Shown here: positions 10,715-20,109 of the stretch, in pieces | Layout: each line of letters begins with the position of its first letter | How positions within the stretch are numbered: position 1 is the first letter of the stretch | NCBI GenBank assembly: GCA_964588955.1 | Contig: CAZPQJ010000004.1 | Coordinates: 5,677-69,676 of the forward strand | DNA: 64,000 nt | Origin: an uncultured Gammaproteobacteria bacterium | Lineage (GTDB): Bacteria > Patescibacteriota > Patescibacteriia > UBA9934 > CAMTUG01 | Reading direction: 5' to 3' | Made by a program: the position numbers and the translations under genes | The notes under the pieces: generated by a model | Told to the model about the DNA's origin: nothing | Database searches by the model: none | What the model saw: the letters and a program-made list of their open reading frames with translations, nothing else

Positions 10715-11992
10715 TTATTTTCCAAGTTCTTCCGCAATCTCCAACAGGCGATTGTACTTACACAATCGCTCCGACCGCGACAAACTTCCGGTTTTGATAA
10801 ACTCGGCATTAAACGCCACGGCCAAGTCCGCGATGGTGGTATCTTCCGTTTCTCCGGAACGGTGCGAAACATTAATGGCGTATCCATGCTGCCGCGCCAA
10901 CAGAATCGCATCGATCGATTCGGAAAGGGTGCCAATCTGATTCACCTTGATGAGCACCGCGTTGGCAACATGTTTGTCGATCCCTTCTTGAATGCGTTCC
11001 ACGTTGGTCACAAACAAATCATCACCAACCAGCGTTGTTGTTTTGAGACGAGAAGTCAATTGCGCCCACCCCGCCCAATCGTCTTCCGCCAATCCATCTT
11101 CAATCATGACCAGTGGATACTTTTTGATCCAAGATTGATAGAGCGTAATCATCTGGGAAGATGTCAGCATTTTCTTATCTGTCGTCAGCGCGTAGATTTT
11201 TTTCTTGTCTTCGTAAAACTCGCTCGCCGCCGGATCAATACCAAGCTTCACGTCGCGACCGGCCACGTAGCCAGCGCGCCCAATCGCTTTTACGATCAAG
11301 GCGAAGGCTTCTTCGTTACGCTTCAAAGGAACCGCGTATCCGCCCTCATCTCCCACAAGCGTGGAGTACCCTTTGTCTTGCAACACCAATCGCAGAGCAT
11401 GAAACACTTCCGCCCCGCAACGCACGCGCTCGGAGAATTTCTTCTGCTGAGGAATGATCATGCATTCTTGCAAATCAATCACCCAACCAGCATGCAATCC
11501 ACCGTTTAAAATGTTCATCGTCGGGTGCGGCATGGTGTAACGCTCCCAAGATTTACCGGCCGACGTATCTACAAACGTCTCTCGTATATAGCGATACAAT
11601 GGCACGCGTCGCGCGACGGCACCGGCATGGGCGCAAGCGAGCGAAACTCCTAAAATAGCATTGGCCCCTAAGCGGGATTTGTTGGGTGTACCGTCCAGCA
11701 AACGCATGGCGTCGTCGATTCCACGTTGATCAAAAACCGATCGACCCCGCAGCAAGGTGGCAATAGGTCCGTTTACCTGCTTGACCGCTTTCAACACCCC
11801 TTTTCCGCCATAACGTTTTTTATCGCCATCGCGCAACTCCAACGCTTCATGCGATCCAGTCGAAGCACCAGAAGGAACACAGGCCGATCCAATCGTGCCA
11901 TCGTTCAGCATGACCGAAACTTTTAGCGTAGGATTTCCTCGGGAATCCAGGATCTCGTGGGCGTGAATCAAATCGATAGAATGTGATGCCAT
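10715..11992 (-). CDS. eno: Enolase
   Basis: DSRGNPT, VPSGASTG, VGDEGG, SHRSGETED. Confidence 0.97.
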   Translation of the reverse strand: MASHSIDLIHAHEILDSRGNPTLKVSVMLNDGTIGSACVPSGASTGSHEALELRDGDKKRYGGKGVLKAVKQVNGPIATLLRGRSVFDQRGIDDAMRLLDGTPNKSRLGANAILGVSLACAHAGAVARRVPLYRYIRETFVDTSAGKSWERYTMPHPTMNILNGGLHAGWVIDLQECMIIPQQKKFSERVRCGAEVFHALRLVLQDKGYSTLVGDEGGYAVPLKRNEEAFALIVKAIGRAGYVAGRDVKLGIDPAASEFYEDKKKIYALTTDKKMLTSSQMITLYQSWIKKYPLVMIEDGLAEDDWAGWAQLTSRLKTTTLVGDDLFVTNVERIQEGIDKHVANAVLIKVNQIGTLSESIDAILLARQHGYAINVSHRSGETEDTTIADLAVAFNAEFIKTGSLSRSERLCKYNRLLEIAEELGK

Positions 11993-12011
11993 AGTGGGGA
12001 CATAATAACAC

Positions 12012-12276
12012 AAATCGGGTCGGGATGGGATCCTATAAAGGACGGGGTCCAGCCGGTTTCTGCGTAATGATTTGGTGTCTGTGAAAAGGTCACTTTTTGA
12101 CTGTATATCAAAAATAGATCGGTTATAAATTCTTTTTAAATAGAACCGATATAAAATCTATATCTACTCGAAAAATGACCACTCGGTACACCATCTCTAC
12201 CGCATCGCCAGCTCACACGAGCCACAATGATACAAACCACCCCCACTCGTTAAAAAATCCGGACCGATCCAAATCG
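12012..12276. repeat. Long imperfect inverted repeat (rod-like) between pgk and eno
   Basis: Nested arms ATCGG..TCGGGA/TCCGG..CCGAT, GGTGT/ACACC, GGTCACTTTT/AAAATGACC, ATCGGTT/AACCGAT. Confidence 0.6.
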
Positions 12277-13401
12277 TTAGCGCTTCACCATAAGCGGTTC
12301 GATCCCGGGCATCTTGTCACCCGACAAAAATGCCAGCATCGCTCCCCCACCCGTTGATAGTAATGTAAACGCATCCGCCAGTTTCCATTTTTCCATAAGC
12401 GGCAACGTGTCTCCCCCTCCAACAATTGTTGTCGCGTGACTCTTGGCGATCGCTTGTGCTATGGCACGCGTAGCTTTGGTGAACGCCGCATGTTCGGTGC
12501 GTCCCAAAGGCCCATTCCAGACGATCGTTTTCGCGGAAGCGATCACGCGCACAAATTCCTTGGTCGTGGCTGGCCCCGCATCTTCAATCGCTGTTCCATT
12601 CAAACGAAAATCCATCGGCAATACCATCTTGTTTCCAAAACGCTTAAGCAGACGCTTGGCCGTTTTCATTTCTGTTTTTTCATATCGCGACGTACCCATG
12701 GAAACCCCCATCGCCGCTAAAAACGTATTGGCGAGCGCTCCGCCGACGCACACGTGATCGGCAGCTGGGCCCAGTCGTTCCACTAATCCAATCTTGGTTT
12801 CCATTTTCGCACCACCGAGCACTAACACATACGGTTTTTTTGGATGCCCCATCGCTTGGGAAAGCCCCTTCACTTCCTCGACCATCAACGGACCAGCAAA
12901 CGACGGCAAGAGTTTGGTGATCGCGGAAACAGATGCATGAGCGCGATGAGCGACAGCAAACGCGTCGTCCACATATAGATCACCAAGCTCAGCTAACGCT
13001 TTGGCAAATCCACGATCATTTTTTTCTTCACGCCGATCAAAACGGAGATTTTCTAGCAAGGCAACATCACCATTTTTCAACCCATCCACCAATCGCTTTG
13101 CCGAAGGACCTACAAGAGAACCATCGTAACGCACGGGTGTTTTTAACAATGCGCTCAAACGTTTGGCAACCGGACGCAAACAATTCGCTGTATCGCTTGC
13201 GCTTGTCGGTCGACCAAGATGCGACAGCACTACCACCCGCGCGCCCGCTTGCTGCAAGCGGCGAATCCCTTCGGCGGAACGGGCAATGCGCCCGCGCGGC
13301 CCATCAACCACGCGGTCATTTTTGATCTCCACGTTAGCATCAATACGCACCAAGACGCGCTTGCCCTTAACCGCGTTCAAGGGAATCATTCGTAATTTCA
13401 T
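12277..13401 (-). CDS. pgk: Phosphoglycerate kinase
   Basis: SHLGRP, LLENLRF, DAFAVAHRAHAS, GGAK, STGGGA. Confidence 0.96.
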   Translation of the reverse strand: MKLRMIPLNAVKGKRVLVRIDANVEIKNDRVVDGPRGRIARSAEGIRRLQQAGARVVVLSHLGRPTSASDTANCLRPVAKRLSALLKTPVRYDGSLVGPSAKRLVDGLKNGDVALLENLRFDRREEKNDRGFAKALAELGDLYVDDAFAVAHRAHASVSAITKLLPSFAGPLMVEEVKGLSQAMGHPKKPYVLVLGGAKMETKIGLVERLGPAADHVCVGGALANTFLAAMGVSMGTSRYEKTEMKTAKRLLKRFGNKMVLPMDFRLNGTAIEDAGPATTKEFVRVIASAKTIVWNGPLGRTEHAAFTKATRAIAQAIAKSHATTIVGGGDTLPLMEKWKLADAFTLLSTGGGAMLAFLSGDKMPGIEPLMVKR

Positions 13402-14405
13402 AGTTTGCCGACATGTTCAACCAATTCCATCAATCGCACCGAATATCCCCACTCGTTGTCATACCAAGCGAGAACTTTTACCAAATCCCCATCGACTACC
13501 CGAGTCATGGCCAAATCCACAATCGACGAACGGCTGTCGCCAACAAAATCTGTCGAGACCAGTGGTTCGTCGGTGACACCAAGGATCCCTTTCCATCGGG
13601 CGGATGCGGCTGCTTTCTTAAACACCGCGTTGACTTCTTCCACCGTCGTCTTTCGACCAAGCAAAAAAGTGAAATCCGAAAGCGACACATCGATCGACGG
13701 CACACGAATAGCAATTCCATCAAATTTACTTTTCATTTCCGGCACCGCTTCGCTCATCGCTTTGGCCGCTCCGGTCGAGGTCGGCACAATGTTGATCAGC
13801 GCGGCTCGCGCACGACGCAAATCTGGATGCAATTTCGGCGGTAAGCCATCGACAATATTCTGCTCCGCCGTCACCGAATGCACCGTCGTCATCATCGCTT
13901 TCTTAACCCCGAACACTTCCTGCATAATATCCGCCACCGGAGCAATCGAGTTGGTGGTACACGAAGCGTTGTTGACAATCACATCCTTCTTCCCCGCCTC
14001 TTTGTGATTGACCCCCATTAAATACGTTGGTACCCCTTTGGCCGGAGCGCTGATCACCACTTTCTTGGCCCCGGCCGTAAGGTGCGCTTTAGCGCTCTCC
14101 GCATCGGTAAAACGCCCGGTCGATTCAATCACCACGTCAATCTTCATCTGTTTCCAAGGCAGCTTGGTCGGATCCATTTCCGCCACCACCGGCAAACGCT
14201 TGCCATCAATCAACAACCCATTCTTGTCGCTAGAAATTTTGTGGTTCCATGTACGAAACACGGAATCATATTTCAACAAGTGCGCCAGTGTCGCCGGATC
14301 GGTCAAATCATTAACCGCCACAAACTCGATTCCTTTATGGTCCCAACCCGCTTTGAGTACCGTTCGACCAATGCGGCCGAATCCATTAATAGCAACGCGC
14401 AGCAT
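13398..14405 (-). CDS. gap: Glyceraldehyde-3-phosphate dehydrogenase
   Basis: VAINGFGRIGR, NASCTTN, WYDNEWGYS; true start MLRVA at 14405. Confidence 0.97.
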   Translation of the reverse strand: MLRVAINGFGRIGRTVLKAGWDHKGIEFVAVNDLTDPATLAHLLKYDSVFRTWNHKISSDKNGLLIDGKRLPVVAEMDPTKLPWKQMKIDVVIESTGRFTDAESAKAHLTAGAKKVVISAPAKGVPTYLMGVNHKEAGKKDVIVNNASCTTNSIAPVADIMQEVFGVKKAMMTTVHSVTAEQNIVDGLPPKLHPDLRRARAALINIVPTSTGAAKAMSEAVPEMKSKFDGIAIRVPSIDVSLSDFTFLLGRKTTVEEVNAVFKKAAASARWKGILGVTDEPLVSTDFVGDSRSSIVDLAMTRVVDGDLVKVLAWYDNEWGYSVRLMELVEHVGKL

Positions 14406-14449
14406 AGAAAGAAAAAATAATTGATAACCAAAGTATAGCACAAAAGGAA

Positions 14450-14480
14450 ACGCCGACGACCCAAAGGCAATCGTCGACGT
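14450..14480 (-). terminator. Intrinsic terminator upstream of the gap promoter
   Basis: Minus: ACGTCGACGA...TCGTCGGCGT followed by TTCCTTTT. Confidence 0.65.
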
Positions 14481-14575
14481 GGTAGAAGGTCCCTGATGGG
14501 AGTGTGCGGATGCGATGCAGTCCTCGCGTGTGCCTAAATGGCCAAAGGTCAACAATGCAAGGTGGACGAGCACCC

Positions 14576-14671
14576 TCACTCCACATCAGGGAAGATGAAG
14601 AGGGGAAGCGCCTGGGTCGCGGTCAGGATTGTGTACGGTACAGGTCGAACAGGACTCGTGGGAACAGGCAT
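14576..14671 (-). CDS. Putative 31-aa mini-protein in a structured transcript
   Basis: GGAGGAG SD then ATG; MPVPTSPVRPVPYTILTATQALPLFIFPDVE-TGA. Confidence 0.35.
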   Translation of the reverse strand: MPVPTSPVRPVPYTILTATQALPLFIFPDVE

Positions 14672-14732
14672 GATATCACTCCTCCAACCACGACCCAGGG
14701 GGCACCTTTACTATACACCTATAGAAAACAAA

Positions 14733-14764
14733 CAACACGCTCAGTCAAGAGACCAAGCGTGTTG
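14733..14764 (-). terminator. rpsB-tsf terminator
   Basis: CAACACGCT...AGCGTGTTG stem, T-rich tract on minus strand. Confidence 0.7.
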
Positions 14765-14779
14765 CGTTGTGGATATTTT

Positions 14780-15376
14780 TTAGGCTCCCAAGTTCAGTCG
14801 GGAGAATCGGCGCACTTGGATGTTCTCTCCCAAGGTGGCGATCTTCTCTTTCACAAACTCTTCTACAGTTTTGTCTTCGTCTTTAATGAAGGCTTGCTCC
14901 AGCAAACAGACGTCGGCGAAAAACTTGTTGAGTTTACCGTCAACAATCTTATCCATAATCTCCGCGGCTTTGGTTTGTCCTTCCATTTCCGCGCGATACA
15001 TTTCTCGTTCCTTCTCTACCATCTCCATGGGCACCTGATCACGGCTCACGTAGAGCGGCGCGGAAGCGGCCACGTGCATTGCCAAGTCGTTACACAAGGC
15101 CACGAAGGCTTCGTTACGGGCCACGAAATCGGTTTCGCACAACACTTCTACCAACACACCCACTTTACCCGTGCCATGCACGTAAGCATGGACGCGACCT
15201 TCGTTGGTGGTGCGGTCGGCTTTCTTGCCAGCTTTGATGATTCCGTTTTTGCGCAATAATTCAGCGGCCTTTTCCAAATCACCACCCGCCTCGACCAACG
15301 CCTTTTTGGCGTCCATCATCCCGGCTCCAGTCATCTCCCGCAACTCTCCCACGGCAGCGGCGGTAATCTCTCCCAT
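14780..15376 (-). CDS. tsf: Elongation factor Ts (short form)
   Basis: [35 protein letters not shown]. Confidence 0.96.
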   Translation of the reverse strand: MGEITAAAVGELREMTGAGMMDAKKALVEAGGDLEKAAELLRKNGIIKAGKKADRTTNEGRVHAYVHGTGKVGVLVEVLCETDFVARNEAFVALCNDLAMHVAASAPLYVSRDQVPMEMVEKEREMYRAEMEGQTKAAEIMDKIVDGKLNKFFADVCLLEQAFIKDEDKTVEEFVKEKIATLGENIQVRRFSRLNLGA

Positions 15377-15423
15377 AGAAAAAACAATTAGCGTTTTATG
15401 TTCACTCCTCACTCCGTATCCGG

Positions 15424-16263
15424 TTATCCGGCCACTTTCTCTTTGGACTTTTCTCCGGCCACTTCTTCAGAAATTTTTTCGTCTAAATCAGCAACGGCGG
15501 CCACCGCTTCGGCTTTCACCTTGGCTTCCTCTTCATCTTTTTCTTTGGTGGCTTTGGCGAGCGCCGCGGCTTGCACCGCGTTGGCTTTGCCTTCTTTGAT
15601 TGCTTCCGTTAAGGCGCGGGTAATGAGCTCAATCGATTTGACCCCGTCGTCGTTGCCTGGAATCGGGAAATCCACTTCGGTTGGGTTGACGTTGGTGTCG
15701 ACGATGGCGATCACCTTGGCTCCTTTTTGTTTAGCTTCGGCAAGCGCGGTTTTCTCGGCTTTGATGTCCACAATGAACACCGCTTCTGGCGCCGAGAGCA
15801 TCGACTGAATACCGCCCACTTTGCGATCCATGTCTTCAATGTCGCGGGAGAACCACAACTGTTCTTTCTTGGTGTACTTCTTCAACTCTCCCTTGGCCGA
15901 CTTGTCTTTCAAGTCCAGGAACTTTTTGATCAAACGTTTAATCTCGCCGAAGTTCGTAAGAGTGCCACCGAGCCAGCGGTTGGTGACGTTCGGCATTCCT
16001 ACTTCTTCCGCGTACTTAGCAATAATGCCACGGGCCTGCGGCTTGGTACCAACGTACAAAACCATTCCCCCGTGCGCGGCGACGCTCGAAGCAAATTCTA
16101 ACGCTCGGGCGAGTGCCGTACGGGTCTCGTCGAGGTTGGTGATATGCACGCCGGAACGGGTGCCAAAAATAAACGGCTGCATCTTGGGATGCCAGCGACT
16201 GGAACGGTGACCGAAATGGACTCCGGCTTGGAGCATTTCGTCGAGGGATGGGACGTTAGCCAT
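15424..16263 (-). CDS. rpsB: 30S ribosomal protein S2
   Basis: [22 protein letters not shown]. Confidence 0.97.
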   Translation of the reverse strand: MANVPSLDEMLQAGVHFGHRSSRWHPKMQPFIFGTRSGVHITNLDETRTALARALEFASSVAAHGGMVLYVGTKPQARGIIAKYAEEVGMPNVTNRWLGGTLTNFGEIKRLIKKFLDLKDKSAKGELKKYTKKEQLWFSRDIEDMDRKVGGIQSMLSAPEAVFIVDIKAEKTALAEAKQKGAKVIAIVDTNVNPTEVDFPIPGNDDGVKSIELITRALTEAIKEGKANAVQAAALAKATKEKDEEEAKVKAEAVAAVADLDEKISEEVAGEKSKEKVAG

Positions 16264-16404
16264 ACTATTTTCCTTTTAGACGTCGACGGGCAGTGGCAGG
16301 GCCTCCTTGGCTAAAGCGTTGGAGGCAGGATCTGCCAGAGTTTTGACCCCGTCTGTGTGTTTGATTTATGGCGGAAGTGTAATGAATATAAGCGAAATGG
16401 TCAA
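16264..16404 (-). promoter_or_regulatory. rpsB promoter and structured leader (probable S2 autoregulatory element)
   Basis: TTGACC-N17-TACACT (16404-16376); ~105-nt leader with ACACACAGACGGGGTC and GGCAG/CTGCC helices. Confidence 0.6.
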
Positions 16405-16432
16405 GTAAGAAACCTAAGATTAGCTTCTAATC

Positions 16433-16460
16433 TTGACTTTTCTTGTTTTTCTTGTACAAT
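16433..16460 (+). promoter_or_regulatory. Sigma70-like promoter of orphan cassette
   Basis: TTGACT-N16-TACAAT. Confidence 0.7.
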
Positions 16461-16506
16461 CGCGGCGGCCAATCCCGGTCTCCTCGAGCACAGAGAGGCT
16501 CCGCAG

Positions 16507-16860
16507 ATGGATTCTGATACTTCCCCCACCATCGTTCCGACCCCCACTCACACTCCTCGACGTTCCCGACCTGACCCTGTCATGAGCCTGCTCATGCGCA
16601 GTGGAATGTCGGAACACTACAGTCGAGCCATCGACACCCGAGCCGAGGTGTCCGCCGAGAGTATCTATGAGATCATCGTCGCCCTCAACGTGCAAGGTGA
16701 AGAGGTTGCTGACGGTCTCATTCACGACCTCATCCGAGTCGTCACACGGCGGCATCGCGGAACCTGGTCGCCTGCCCAGCTGATCGCCCTCCACACCATC
16801 GCCGACTCTCGCCCGAACTCGGCCACCTGGAAGAGACACCTTCCCCCGTGTGCGGCCTGA
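16507..16860 (+). CDS. Orphan hypothetical protein (cassette class)
   Basis: ATG after AGAGG, downstream of promoter; terminator follows. Confidence 0.7.
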   Translation: MDSDTSPTIVPTPTHTPRRSRPDPVMSLLMRSGMSEHYSRAIDTRAEVSAESIYEIIVALNVQGEEVADGLIHDLIRVVTRRHRGTWSPAQLIALHTIADSRPNSATWKRHLPPCAA

Positions 16861-16873
16861 GACCTTCTTCCCC

Positions 16874-16903
16874 ACGGACCGAAGCCCGCGCGCTTCGGTC
16901 CGT
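16874..16903. terminator. Hairpin terminator between convergent genes
   Basis: ACGGACCGAAGC...GCTTCGGTCCGT 12-bp stem. Confidence 0.75.
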
Positions 16904-16910
16904 CTCCTAT

Positions 16911-17993
16911 TTAAAACAAAAACATCGCATCACCGAAAGAATAAAAGCGATAGTCATTTTTCTTGGCCTCTTCGTAGGCCTGCAACACAAACTCGCGGCC
17001 AGCAAACGCACTCACAAGCGCGAGCAAGGTCGATTTCGGTAAATGAAAATTGGTAATCATTGCGTCGACAATCTTAAAGGCGTATCCGGGCGTGATAAAT
17101 ATATTGACGTCACCAGTATAGGGAGAAAGAAGGGAGGTGGCAGAAAGATGGAGATCGGCAACAGCTTCAAGGGTACGAACCGTGGTGGTGCCGACCGCAA
17201 TAACTCGACGACCTTCGGACTTAGCGAGATTGATTCGTTCCGCTGTTGCTTCATCGACACGCACAAACTCGGCATGCATCATATGTTCTTCCAGCGTGGC
17301 AGATTTGACTGGCAAAAATGTTCCGAGTCCGACGTGCAAAGTCACGAACTCAATCTGTACCCCTTTGGCTTTGATCTTCTCAAGCAACGCCTCGGTGAAA
17401 TGCAGTCCTGCCGTTGGCGCGGCCACCGCTCCCGTTTCTTTGGCGTAAACGGTTTGATAATTCTGGGTTGTCGCTTCAGACTTCTCCACGTACGGAGGAA
17501 TCGGCACCTCGCCGTGGGCTTCACAAAAAGCCAGCACCGCGTCGGTCGATACACCGAAGTCGACGAGCACAGTGCCGTCTTCATGTTTTTCCTTGACCGT
17601 CGCGTGCATGCACAATGCGTGCATTGTGCCCACATCAATAACCGATCCGACCGATACCTTTTTCCCTGGTCGCATCAACACCTCCCAAAGCCCGTCCCGC
17701 TCCCGCAGGAGGAAGATCTCTACTTTTCCCTCTTCTCCATCATTTTCTCTTTCTCCCATTTTCTCCTTCTTTATCCTCCCCAATAACCTTGCCTTAAAAA
17801 CTTTGGTGTTATTAAATACAAGTACGTCCCCCGGCCGCAAATAATCGACCAGATCAAAAAACTTCTTGTGCTCGATCGACGCGTGCGAACGATCAAGAAC
17901 CATCAGTTTGGAATGATCACGTGGTTCCATCGGCGCCTGAGCAATATACTCCTGTGGAAGTTCGTAATCGAATAAGGCAATAGGCGTAGACAT
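16911..17993 (-). CDS. queA: tRNA preQ1 S-adenosylmethionine ribosyltransferase-isomerase
   Basis: FDYELP, GAVAAPTAGLHF, TNFHLPKSTL, YRFYSFGDAM. Confidence 0.97.
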   Translation of the reverse strand: MSTPIALFDYELPQEYIAQAPMEPRDHSKLMVLDRSHASIEHKKFFDLVDYLRPGDVLVFNNTKVFKARLLGRIKKEKMGERENDGEEGKVEIFLLRERDGLWEVLMRPGKKVSVGSVIDVGTMHALCMHATVKEKHEDGTVLVDFGVSTDAVLAFCEAHGEVPIPPYVEKSEATTQNYQTVYAKETGAVAAPTAGLHFTEALLEKIKAKGVQIEFVTLHVGLGTFLPVKSATLEEHMMHAEFVRVDEATAERINLAKSEGRRVIAVGTTTVRTLEAVADLHLSATSLLSPYTGDVNIFITPGYAFKIVDAMITNFHLPKSTLLALVSAFAGREFVLQAYEEAKKNDYRFYSFGDAMFLF

Positions 17994-18086
17994 AGCTCGA
18001 AATCATCCTAAGCGAGGAAAGCGGATGCGTCCAGTTCACATCCACACAGAGGCTTGACAAGGAAGTTAAAAAGGGCTAGGGTTCTC

Positions 18087-18419
18087 GGTCGCGACCTTTC
18101 ACCCCTGACGCATCTCTGCGGAGATGCCTCGCGGGTGGGAGGCCTAAAACAAACCTGGGCAACACCACGGGTGGCACGTCCACCGTTTGCGGCATGCCGC
18201 CGAGCCAATCCATTCCCAAGTACACGGGATGTTGAGAAGCTCGGGTGCGAAGCGCACAGGCAGCCGCAAAGGGATAAGGACAGGAACTTCCTGCCCTTCG
18301 GACAAACCATCTGTACGGCGTTGCCGAGGCAGATTTCAGGCACGGTGCTACACGGCTAGCTGGCCAATTCTCCAGCGGCCCCCTTCGCTAGCGCGGAGCA
18401 CCATGAAGTCTTGACGACC
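18087..18419 (+). ncRNA. Candidate structured non-coding RNA of unknown family
   Basis: Bounded by TTGACA-N17-TAGGGT and a terminator; many nested helices; no convincing ORF. Confidence 0.55.
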
Positions 18420-18433
18420 ACCCACCTTCTCCT

Positions 18434-18466
18434 TCAAGGACCCAAGCGCACGCGCTGGGTCCTTGA
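18434..18466 (+). terminator. Intrinsic terminator
   Basis: TCAAGGACCCA...TGGGTCCTTGA then TCATTTTT. Confidence 0.75.
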
Positions 18467-18514
18467 TCATTTTTGCCCCTTATGATACCCTGACGCTCGC
18501 TAGTAAATTATCTT

Positions 18515-18838
18515 ATGAAGGCTTCCATCCACCCAGAATATTTCGAAAACGCCACGATTACCTGCGCCTGTGGCGCGGCCTATAAAACCGGATCGACCAA
18601 ACAGGCGATTTCGGTGGAGTTGTGCGCTTCCTGCCACCCGTTCTACACCGGCACTCAAACCATTATTGACACCGCCCGCCGCGTGGAGAAATTCCAAGAG
18701 CGTGCCACCAAAAAGGCCGCCGTGGTGGTTGGTCAAACCGCTAAAAAAGCCGCTCGCGCCGAAAAGCGCAAAGCCGCCGGACCAAAAGTGGAAGTCGAAG
18801 AATCCAAGTCCGTGCGCGTTTCCAAAAAGAAACAATAG
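18515..18838 (+). CDS. rpmE: 50S ribosomal protein L31 (Zn-binding type, Lys-rich tail)
   Basis: MKASIHPEY, CACG, CASCHPFYTG. Confidence 0.96.
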   Translation: MKASIHPEYFENATITCACGAAYKTGSTKQAISVELCASCHPFYTGTQTIIDTARRVEKFQERATKKAAVVVGQTAKKAARAEKRKAAGPKVEVEESKSVRVSKKKQ

Positions 18839-18847
18839 CCCCGCGAG

Positions 18848-18880
18848 AAAAGAACGCACGGGATTTCCCGGCGTTCTTTT
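18848..18880 (+). terminator. rpmE terminator
   Basis: AAAAGAACGC...GCGTTCTTTT. Confidence 0.75.
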
Positions 18881-18916
18881 CGTTTACCTGAAGTGTGATA
18901 CGATAACACGAGCCTT

Positions 18917-19969
18917 ATGGATCTCCTGAATGAACTAAAAACGAAACAACAGGCACTCACCGAACTCGAACAAAAAATGGGCGATCCGGCTGTTTTAAGC
19001 GATCCAAAAAAATTGAAAGCCGTGGGCCAAGAATACGCCGAGGTGAAAGAGATTGTCCGAGTCGGTTTGGCTTATCAAAAAACGTCTCAAGAGCTGGTAG
19101 CCGCGCGCGAGATGCTGAAAGATCCAGAAATGAAGGCGATGGCCGAAGCGGAGATTGCCGAACTGGAACCAACGTTGCCTGGGTTGGAAGAAGCGTTCAT
19201 TGTTGCCTTAATTCCTCCGGATCCGCTAGACAAGAAAGACACGATCATGGAAATCCGCGCCGGCACCGGTGGCGACGAAGCGGCTTTGTTTGCTTCAGAG
19301 TTATTTCGCGCCTACAGTCGCTACGCAGAACACCAAGGCTGGAAGGTGGAAGTCCTTTCCGAACATCAAAATGATTTGGGAGGATTCAAAGAAATTGAAT
19401 TTGTGGTGCGCGGTGGCTATGCCTACAGTCATTTAAAATTTGAAGCCGGAGTGCATCGCGTGCAGCGTGTGCCGGAAACGGAAAAAGCCGGACGCGTTCA
19501 CACTTCCACCGTTACCGTGGCTGTGCTCCCAGAGTTAGACGATGAAGATTTTTCCATCGACATGAAGGACGTCAAAATCGAAGCCACCACCAGTTCTGGC
19601 GCCGGCGGACAGTCCGTCAACACCACCTACTCGGCCATTCGCATGGTGCACTTGCCTACTGGCATTGTGGTGCAATGCCAAGATGAACGTTCGCAAAAGC
19701 AGAACAAGGAAAAAGCCATCACCGTGCTGCGCGCCCGCGTGTGGGAATATGAACGCGAGAAAGCGGCCAAAGAACGCGCCGACGAACGCCGCGGACAAAT
19801 CGGCAACGGTGAACGTTCGGAAAAGATCCGCACCTACAACTTCCCTCAAGACCGCTTAACTGACCACCGCATCAACCAAAACTACTCGGGTCTAGCCGGC
19901 ATCATGGAAGGTAATCTCGATGACATCATCGCCGACTTAAAAAAAGCGGAACGCGAAGCCGCGGCATAA
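18917..19969 (+). CDS. prfA: Peptide chain release factor 1
   Basis: EIRAGTGGDEA, VQRVPETE (PxT), GGQ, RTYNFPQ. Confidence 0.97.
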   Translation: MDLLNELKTKQQALTELEQKMGDPAVLSDPKKLKAVGQEYAEVKEIVRVGLAYQKTSQELVAAREMLKDPEMKAMAEAEIAELEPTLPGLEEAFIVALIPPDPLDKKDTIMEIRAGTGGDEAALFASELFRAYSRYAEHQGWKVEVLSEHQNDLGGFKEIEFVVRGGYAYSHLKFEAGVHRVQRVPETEKAGRVHTSTVTVAVLPELDDEDFSIDMKDVKIEATTSSGAGGQSVNTTYSAIRMVHLPTGIVVQCQDERSQKQNKEKAITVLRARVWEYEREKAAKERADERRGQIGNGERSEKIRTYNFPQDRLTDHRINQNYSGLAGIMEGNLDDIIADLKKAEREAAA

Positions 19970-19973
19970 TCCT

Positions 19974-20109
19974 ATAAGGATTTGCAGAAAAACGGATGGA
20001 TTTTCGTTAAACGGGCTGTCGATCCACAGGAGACGTAGATACCGCTACGTCGAGTGTGGTCGACGGGGGCCCGTGAAACGAAAAGACGCCGTTTTACAAA
20101 AATCCCTAT
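19974..20109. mobile_element. Rod-like palindromic element (MITE-like), copy 1
   Basis: Imperfect terminal IR; apex GGAGACGTAG-ATACCG-CTACGTCGAG. Confidence 0.6.

Noticed and set aside
10463-11509. 348-aa plus-strand ORF and many similar long antisense ORFs
   Set aside because: Shadow frames opposite well-conserved genes such as eno and gpmI; no motifs or expression signals
14406-14579. 58-aa N-terminal extension of GAPDH in the ORF track
   Set aside because: Homology starts at MLRVAING (14405); the extension crosses a terminator and the gap -10 box
18054-18359. 101-aa ORF in the queA-rpmE gap
   Set aside because: Its TTG start is the -35 hexamer itself, upstream of the likely transcription start
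18087-18419. Identification as tmRNA or RNase P RNA
   Set aside because: No T-loop, G3:U acceptor or tag frame; RNase P conserved regions not found in the right order
18720-18838. Lys/Ala-rich extension of L31
   Set aside because: Low-complexity tails on L31 are common and not evidence of a new system
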